A stretch of DNA of 64,000 nucleotides from assembly GCA_048940645.1 (NCBI GenBank), contig JBHLOI010000010.1, positions 22,699-86,698 on the forward strand, in the 5' to 3' direction. The position numbers were made by a program, and so were the translations under genes. The notes under the pieces are model-generated. The model saw only the letters and a list, made by a program, of their open reading frames with translations, made no database searches and had not been told where the DNA came from. The stretch's first letter is position 1. Each line of letters begins with the position of its first letter. The stretch is from Promethearchaeota archaeon (GTDB lineage: Archaea > Asgardarchaeota > Lokiarchaeia > Sigyniarchaeales > SOKP01). This document shows positions 57,926 through 64,000 of this stretch, one piece after another.

Positions 57926-58483
57926 TTAAATTTTATCATTAATACTACGAGTTAATTTAGCATTTGAATTAAGCAATTCATCTATTTTTCTAATTGCCTC
58001 TTGAGGAGTTTCAACACCATGTATCTTATCAGGCCTTCTATCATCGATTTTTTGATTTGAAATTTTAGATGACCAACCAGGTATATTAGATAAAGCAATT
58101 ATTGGTTTTTGATATATCCATGCAAAACAAAGCTCAGATAAGGTGCCCGCTTTTCCACCAATCGCAATACAAATATCACCTGTCAAAACCACTACAATAT
58201 TTCTCGCTTGAGAAAAAGGGACAGGAATAACAATATCAACATATTTATTTGCAGCAGATTTCTCAATAAAGGGAATAATTCCTATTGTTATTCCGTTTTC
58301 CTCTTTAACACCTTTACATATTGCTTCCATTACTCCAGATAATCCTCCACAAGCTACAGCATATTTATTTTGTGCTAATAATTTTCCCAATTCAAAAGTT
58401 AGTTTTTCTGTTTTATTATCAATTTCGCTTGCACCTATTATTGAAACAATACCCTTAATATTTTCCCTAAAGTCAAAATTCAT
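57926..58483 (-). CDS. LOG / TIGR00725-family nucleotide-binding protein
   Basis: CGGLSGVMEA, TIGIIP, ARN, GGKAGTLSE. Confidence 0.9.
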   Translation of the reverse strand: MNFDFRENIKGIVSIIGASEIDNKTEKLTFELGKLLAQNKYAVACGGLSGVMEAICKGVKEENGITIGIIPFIEKSAANKYVDIVIPVPFSQARNIVVVLTGDICIAIGGKAGTLSELCFAWIYQKPIIALSNIPGWSSKISNQKIDDRRPDKIHGVETPQEAIRKIDELLNSNAKLTRSINDKI

Positions 58484-58534
58484 AATTTCTAATCCTCATT
58501 CCCTTATTTACAAATCCATCTAATTTAGCGAATT

Positions 58535-59497
58535 TTAATAGCTTATAACTTTTAATGATTCTTTACCATTATTAATTTTTAATTGGTTCCCTGTTATGAT
58601 TTTCCCAATAATATTAGAATGTATCCCAAATTTTGAAAAAATGTTTAAGATTTTCCTTGAATTGTATTTTGATGCGGTTAAAATATAGGACGTTGTTAAA
58701 TACATTTCTATATATTTATTTAAAGTATAGTTCTGTTTAATTAAAACTTCGGGAATATGAATATTATTGATATTTACATTTGCACCCATATTTGAATATT
58801 TGATTAATTGAAATAAAGTTCCAAAAATCCCGCCATTAGAGATGTCTTTTGATGAATTAGCCAAATGTTTTTCAGCAATAAGATTCATTGACTCTCTTTT
58901 TTGTAATACTTTAGCAGTGCTTTTAAATGTAACTGTATCCCAGTAATATTCACTAGCTCTTCCTACCTTTCCATCAAAATCTACTGCTAAAATTATGTCA
59001 TCGCTCTCTTTAGCGTTTAATGCAGAGATATAGTTTTCCTTTTTAATTTCCCCGATAAGAGTAGAACTAAGTTCATAGTGATTACTCCCCGGTTTAGTAT
59101 GACCTCTAATTATTGGTAATTGGAATTTTTGCGAACCTTCACAAATTCCTTCAATAATTTTCTTTCCTATATCTGAATCCTTATACGAAAGAATAATACT
59201 TACCGCAATAGGCTTTCCACCACAACAATAAATATCATCAACACCAACCAAAATTGAGCTGAAACCTGCTCCAAACGGAAAGTTTTCTACGAATTCTGTT
59301 TTAATTCGGTCGGTTGTTACTAAGATATAACTTTTATTGTTTTTTATTGCAGCTGAATCCTCGCCAATGTCAGAAAAAATACGCTCACTTTTGAAGGAAT
59401 TTTTATTAATAAATTTGACTATTGGATTAATTTCTTTTTTTTCAAGTATATTTTCATTATTTCTAATACTATCTGCAATTCTTTCTAGCATATACAA
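58535..59497 (-). CDS. AIR synthase-related (PurM-like) protein
   Basis: GEDSAAI, DDIYCCGGKP, IIRGHT, KDISNGGIFGT. Confidence 0.85.
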   Translation of the reverse strand: MYMLERIADSIRNNENILEKKEINPIVKFINKNSFKSERIFSDIGEDSAAIKNNKSYILVTTDRIKTEFVENFPFGAGFSSILVGVDDIYCCGGKPIAVSIILSYKDSDIGKKIIEGICEGSQKFQLPIIRGHTKPGSNHYELSSTLIGEIKKENYISALNAKESDDIILAVDFDGKVGRASEYYWDTVTFKSTAKVLQKRESMNLIAEKHLANSSKDISNGGIFGTLFQLIKYSNMGANVNINNIHIPEVLIKQNYTLNKYIEMYLTTSYILTASKYNSRKILNIFSKFGIHSNIIGKIITGNQLKINNGKESLKVISY

Positions 59498-59575
59498 ATC
59501 TAATATATAAATAATTAATTATCCTAAAAAATAATATAAGTGTTTTAATTCTAATTAAATCAAAAGTCTTAGGTA

Positions 59576-61075
59576 ATGGAAAAAATACTTAAATCATCAA
59601 TAGTCAAAGGAATTCTATTCAGTGCATATGATAAATTAGGTCCTGAACCGATATACATGGTCCCAAAATTCAGTGAGCAAAACAAATCTGAAGCAAAAGA
59701 CACTAAACATAAGGATATTCTCGATTTAAATTTAAGAGATTATACTCAAATTTCAATAAAGAATTTGAGTTTATTAATTGGTGATAGCAGTATATTTAAT
59801 AGGGTGGATGTTAAAAAATTTCAATATTTTGGTATAATCCCATTTCCAGACTTCAATTTAACATCATTGACATTTTTTCATTTTGTGGATGTAAAATTTA
59901 GTCAAGAACCTTTAGCGACAGCATTTTCTCTATTTGTGGATGAGAATAAGAGGAGCTTTTTGTATAATAACATTAATAGGTTAAAAAACATTATTTTGGA
60001 TTTTTTTCAAGTTTTTGATAATGAAATTGTTGATGGTTTTAAATCACAAGATGAAATAGACCATCATTTTAAGGATTTCTTAGAAAAAGTTCTTAAGATT
60101 GAGGAAACTCCTACAACGCCAATTACAACCCAGAGAAAAATGAAAATTATATTTGCTGGTTTAGATGATTCGGGTAAAACCTCATATTTATTATCAGTAG
60201 ATAGAAAGTTCTCTAAATTAATGGGATTAAAACCAACCTTTGGAGCTGAAGTGAGTTCTATTGAAACACTTGGTACGACAATTTTTTTATGGGATTTAGG
60301 AGGTCAGTTAAGTCTTAGGGAAAAATATCTTTATAGAGCTCAAATTTATTTGTATGAAGCAGATTTAATATTTTACTTTATTGATATTAGAAATCCGAAT
60401 AGATTTGAAGAGAGTTTTGAATATCTGCAAAATATAACTAAAGTATTAAAAAGCTTTAAGCAGGATACTCCAATTATATACATTTTATCGAAGGGAGACC
60501 CCGATATTATTGAATCTAAAGAAATAAATGATAATTTAAAATTTATTAAGGACAAATTAATTAATATACATTCGACTAGTAAACCAGAAATTTATATTAC
60601 TAGCATATTTCGTCTCTTTTCAATTTTAAGAGCTTTCTCCTCTGGAATATCTAAACTTAGTCCTAATAAGGAATTAATAGGGCATAATTTAGAGAACTTT
60701 TCAAGAGAAACTGGGAGTTATTTAACTTTAATGTTAAACAGTGATGGTTTAGTACTAGCTGATTATTATACTCCTGAAGCTGTGGCTTTAACAAATATAT
60801 CTAAAACAGCGGAATTATTAAACGTGTTTGAAATTAGCGCACCTCAATTTGCATTGCTGTTTAAAATCTTTTCTAAATATAAAGCAATAAAAGAAGATGA
60901 AGCTGTATTTAAAGTAGCTGACTCCACCATTCTCTTTAAAAAAATAAATATTTATAGATATGAAATGTATCTCTTATTTCTTTTAGATGAGGAAATTAAA
61001 AAGGATAAAGTAAATGATAGTTTACCAAATTTCCTAAATCGTACAAAAGATTTAATAATTAGATACATCGCTTAA
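59576..61075 (+). CDS. uDENN/longin-like domain + Rag/Arf-like GTPase + roadblock-like domain fusion (paralogue of 49575)
   Basis: YDKLGP, YFGIIPFPD, GLDDSGKT, KPT, WDLGGQ, SKGD, TSIF, LSPN, VFEISAP.F. Confidence 0.85.
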   Translation: MEKILKSSIVKGILFSAYDKLGPEPIYMVPKFSEQNKSEAKDTKHKDILDLNLRDYTQISIKNLSLLIGDSSIFNRVDVKKFQYFGIIPFPDFNLTSLTFFHFVDVKFSQEPLATAFSLFVDENKRSFLYNNINRLKNIILDFFQVFDNEIVDGFKSQDEIDHHFKDFLEKVLKIEETPTTPITTQRKMKIIFAGLDDSGKTSYLLSVDRKFSKLMGLKPTFGAEVSSIETLGTTIFLWDLGGQLSLREKYLYRAQIYLYEADLIFYFIDIRNPNRFEESFEYLQNITKVLKSFKQDTPIIYILSKGDPDIIESKEINDNLKFIKDKLINIHSTSKPEIYITSIFRLFSILRAFSSGISKLSPNKELIGHNLENFSRETGSYLTLMLNSDGLVLADYYTPEAVALTNISKTAELLNVFEISAPQFALLFKIFSKYKAIKEDEAVFKVADSTILFKKINIYRYEMYLLFLLDEEIKKDKVNDSLPNFLNRTKDLIIRYIA

Positions 61076-61974
61076 AAAATCTTTTTTAAAGGTGTCTTCT
61101 CCGATATAGACTTCCTTAAAATTCTTTTTCTATAATATGAATTTATTCCTGAAATTAATGAAATCGCTGGCACAATACATTTGGCAAATTTAATAGGACC
61201 AAACAAAACAAAGTCACTTCCACCATTTACACAATAAGTCATTATGGATGCAATTGCTCCACATCTCGATGTTTCCCCATACTTTTTACCATATTTCCAT
61301 CCATAAATTGCATTTGCAGGTGCAAAACCAGTTGGTAACCCAAATTCACTTTTTACTAGTCGAGTAGTTTCAATGTTTATCCCAATTGAAGGTAAATCTA
61401 ATACGGCAGTATCTACTAAAAAGTTTTTTATCTCTGCTCTTTCCGCTTTGGGAATAAGTTCACTCCGTAAAAATTGAATTTTCTGTTTTGGAAAGATATA
61501 TTTTGAGCTAAAGGTTAAGAGTACGGCATTTTTGACTCCAATCTCTTTTAATTTATTTAAACTTTCTTCAGTCGTATTTTCATCAATGCTGTTTAAAATT
61601 GCTCTATCTAATAATCCTATCTCTTTCAACCCTTCCATGGCTGGAATACGTGATTCGTCGTTTAATCCATCAACCAGAAAAGGATATTCAACAATTTCTG
61701 AAACGAACTCACATTCTTTAATAAGAGCCTCTGAATAAGCTCCAACAATGTCAATAATACCTTGCATTCCGGTATCTTCAATTATTTCAGAAAACTCATT
61801 CAATTCTTTCTCAACAAGGTGCTTTTCTATTTTTCCAGTTTTTTCATCTAACAAAGCAGGATGCTTAGCATAAAAAACCGTACCAATCATAACTGTTGAA
61901 TTTTCTCCTGGTTGGCCACCAATTTTTACCTTACCTATTTCTACAATCTTTTGTTCTTGTTTGTAATCTAACAT
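61072..61974 (-). CDS. mtrH: MtrH-family pterin-dependent methyltransferase
   Basis: KIGGQPGEN.TVMIGTVFY..H, ILNSI, LVDTAV, GLPTGFAPAN, DFVLFGPI, C-terminal PLKKIF. Confidence 0.88.
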   Translation of the reverse strand: MLDYKQEQKIVEIGKVKIGGQPGENSTVMIGTVFYAKHPALLDEKTGKIEKHLVEKELNEFSEIIEDTGMQGIIDIVGAYSEALIKECEFVSEIVEYPFLVDGLNDESRIPAMEGLKEIGLLDRAILNSIDENTTEESLNKLKEIGVKNAVLLTFSSKYIFPKQKIQFLRSELIPKAERAEIKNFLVDTAVLDLPSIGINIETTRLVKSEFGLPTGFAPANAIYGWKYGKKYGETSRCGAIASIMTYCVNGGSDFVLFGPIKFAKCIVPAISLISGINSYYRKRILRKSISEKTPLKKIF

Positions 61975-62009
61975 TTTATTTTCCTTTATCTAGTTAAATT
62001 TATAGTTAA

Positions 62010-63074
62010 TTAATTTTGATTTTTCTCTGTAGTTTTACCAGTTTTTCCAAGCTTTTTTTTGATTAATGTTCCAATATAAATTATACTTATAATAAACTCT
62101 GGAATCCATTTGTGCATTAATAATATTATAATCGCAGCAATAAATGATGAAGCTGCGCTTATAGATACATGAATCGATTCCCAAGGATATCCGAGATAAT
62201 ATAATTCAATTTGAATAAGCATTCGTATAATATTTACGACGTAAAATATAAACGAGGAAATTACCAGAGATTTAGCTTTCCTCCAAATTATATCTTTATT
62301 TGTTTCTCTATCTTGGGAGTGTGGAATAAAAATAATAATTCCTGCAAATACACAAATTGCTTGGACTCCGGTACAGAAGGTTTCAAAAAAAATGCTATGC
62401 TGTCCAGGAACTATAAAACTCCAATGATAGTTTCCAATAGGAAAATAGCTAGCTGCTGATCCCATATCAAAGAATAAATTAAGAAAGTAAACAGTTTGTT
62501 TAACTACTATCTCGTGCAACCAGTAATTAGCATTCCAATCAAAAAAATAATAAATTAATAAGGCTAATAAAGGAGCACCAACTGCTAGAGCTATCAAAGA
62601 TCGGAGTGAAAAAATATACCTTTTTCCTTCAAACTCAATAACTGGGCGATTAATTTCTTGATCGATATCTGATTTTGAATCTCTATGCTTGCTATTCTCA
62701 AAATCCTTAAAGAATTTATCAGTTATTATTAGACTCAAAATTACTAATAAAGGCAGCATAACTATTGCGAAGTTGTTTCTACTGTAAGATTCCATTAAAG
62801 GAATTGTAAATCCTATGATGAATGAAAATAATAAATTAAAACTATGCATAATTACCGCTCCCAATTTCTTATGCGAAATTAGAGCACCAATCTTAGATCT
62901 AATAATAGCAAAATATTGAAGTAGAAATAAAATAGTTGCAATAATTATTAAAACGATTTTTAATAATCCAGAAGGAATTGAAGATATAGAAACTCCAATA
63001 AAGAAGATACCAATCAAAATAATTGATAGTATTAACCATATTATATATTTATTCAAATCTGAAAATTTCATCAT
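62010..63074 (-). CDS. Archaeosortase (exosortase family; probably the Lokiarchaeal ArtH type)
   Basis: Polytopic membrane protein with catalytic-type motifs FETFCTGVQ (Cys), NIIRM (Arg) and WESIH (His). Confidence 0.85.
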   Translation of the reverse strand: MMKFSDLNKYIIWLILSIILIGIFFIGVSISSIPSGLLKIVLIIIATILFLLQYFAIIRSKIGALISHKKLGAVIMHSFNLLFSFIIGFTIPLMESYSRNNFAIVMLPLLVILSLIITDKFFKDFENSKHRDSKSDIDQEINRPVIEFEGKRYIFSLRSLIALAVGAPLLALLIYYFFDWNANYWLHEIVVKQTVYFLNLFFDMGSAASYFPIGNYHWSFIVPGQHSIFFETFCTGVQAICVFAGIIIFIPHSQDRETNKDIIWRKAKSLVISSFIFYVVNIIRMLIQIELYYLGYPWESIHVSISAASSFIAAIIILLMHKWIPEFIISIIYIGTLIKKKLGKTGKTTEKNQN

Positions 63075-63293
63075 ATTTCAACAAAAAATCTAATAATGAA
63101 AAAGTTAATTATTAAACTCTAAAAAGCTTTATGGCATAAATTCTCAACTAAATCGTTTCGTTTATTTAGAAATTATAAATTAAGTCATAATAAAAAAAAA
63201 TAATTAATTTTTTCATGATAAGAATAAAATTTTTTTTAAAGAATAAATTCTCATCTTTAAAATTGAAATTAATTATATAAAGGGAGATTTATA

Positions 63294-64000
63294 ATGCCAA
63301 AAAAGAATGACGAACCTCAAAATTCCAAAAATGATGATGAAACAAAAACAAAACCCCCTGAAAGTGAGAAAGCAGAAGAAAAAGGGGAAGAGGAGGCCCC
63401 TAAAACGAAATTTACGTTTAAATGTACTCGTAATGATAAATGCTGCTTAGAAAGAGGACCAATTCCCGTTACTTTTTGGGATTTAGAACTTTGGGCCAGA
63501 AATGGTGTGATTGCTAACTTTATGCCATATTTGGACGTATATCAAAAACCAGATGGAGTTATGGATTTAATTCTAAAACCTTTACCACCACCTCCAGAAG
63601 AAGGTGAAGATACATCAAAAAAAGAGCCCTTTTCTATTACGCCAATTGAAGATTTATTAGAAGTTAAGTGTCCTTTATATAATCAAGATGATAAAAGATG
63701 TTTAGTCTATGACAATCGACCATTGAGCTGCAGGGTATATCCCCTCGAATTTGATGGAAAGAATTTTACCATTGTCGATGTAGATTGTCCAGGAGTAGGA
63801 GAAGAGGGAATGACTAAAGAAGATTTAAAAGATATGCGTGAATCTGCTAAAACTATGTATTATGAATTAACACGAATACGAATAGCTTTACCCGTTTTGA
63901 ATCAAATAGTTTCACAGAAAGTTATGATGGATTTAATGAGGCAAAATTTAGAAGCTATGAGTAAGATGTCAGATGAGGATAGAGCTAAATTAGATGAAAT
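63294..64000 (+). CDS. YkgJ-family cysteine cluster protein (3' truncated by window)
   Basis: Open to the window end: FKCTRNDKCC, CPLYN..CLVYDNRPLSCRVYP, DCPG. Not in the ORF track. Confidence 0.85.
   Translation, partial: MPKKNDEPQNSKNDDETKTKPPESEKAEEKGEEEAPKTKFTFKCTRNDKCCLERGPIPVTFWDLELWARNGVIANFMPYLDVYQKPDGVMDLILKPLPPPPEEGEDTSKKEPFSITPIEDLLEVKCPLYNQDDKRCLVYDNRPLSCRVYPLEFDGKNFTIVDVDCPGVGEEGMTKEDLKDMRESAKTMYYELTRIRIALPVLNQIVSQKVMMDLMRQNLEAMSKMSDEDRAKLDE

Noticed and set aside
58535-59497. PurM-like protein as selenophosphate synthetase SelD
   Set aside because: It lacks the N-terminal G(C/U)xxK motif and fits other AIR-synthase-related families better.
3653-62459. Short antisense or overlapping ORFs in the track (e.g. 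3653, 4196, 4958, 12056, 15286, 16285, 16564, 18646, 19309, 19958, 20437, 20933, 26055, 27268, 28328, 30838, 31900, 33150, 36063, 40772, 41107, 45302, 48827, 54520, 55649, 60373, 61532, 62211)
   Set aside because: They overlap well-supported genes on the opposite strand and have no motifs; treated as shadow ORFs.

Overview
AT-rich archaeal DNA whose gene content points to Asgard archaea, most likely Lokiarchaeia: Rag-like small GTPases, roadblock and longin domains, a gelsolin domain, eL13, a PGF-type C-terminal sorting signal with an archaeosortase, and MtrH. The left part is an energy-metabolism region. It holds the hdrA 3' end, mvhD (probable CTG start) and a polyferredoxin, then a FAD-oxidoreductase/CCG pair. 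A [NiFeSe] hydrogenase-Hdr operon follows (mvhG, mvhA, an unannotated UGA-containing vhuU, hdrC, hdrB), with a eukaryote-type SECIS candidate that overlaps the vhuU stop codon. The most striking item is at 7.2-16.7 kb: a complete cytochrome c maturation set (ccmF, A, B, C, an unannotated ccmD, and a ccmE truncated right after its Cys). It is interleaved with three exported proteins that all carry H-x-x-C-H, not C-x-x-C-H, just after the signal peptide. The three are anchored differently: by a cytochrome b561-like membrane domain, by an 8-repeat Ig-like stalk, and by a PGF-type sorting tail. This suggests a non-canonical single-Cys (or His+Cys) heme c attachment system for surface proteins. The right part has housekeeping genes and a cluster of longin, roadblock and Rag-like GTPase genes around an apparently inactive NrdD homologue. 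No rRNA, tRNA, CRISPR array or transposase was recognised. All family calls are from motif recognition by eye; no searches were run.
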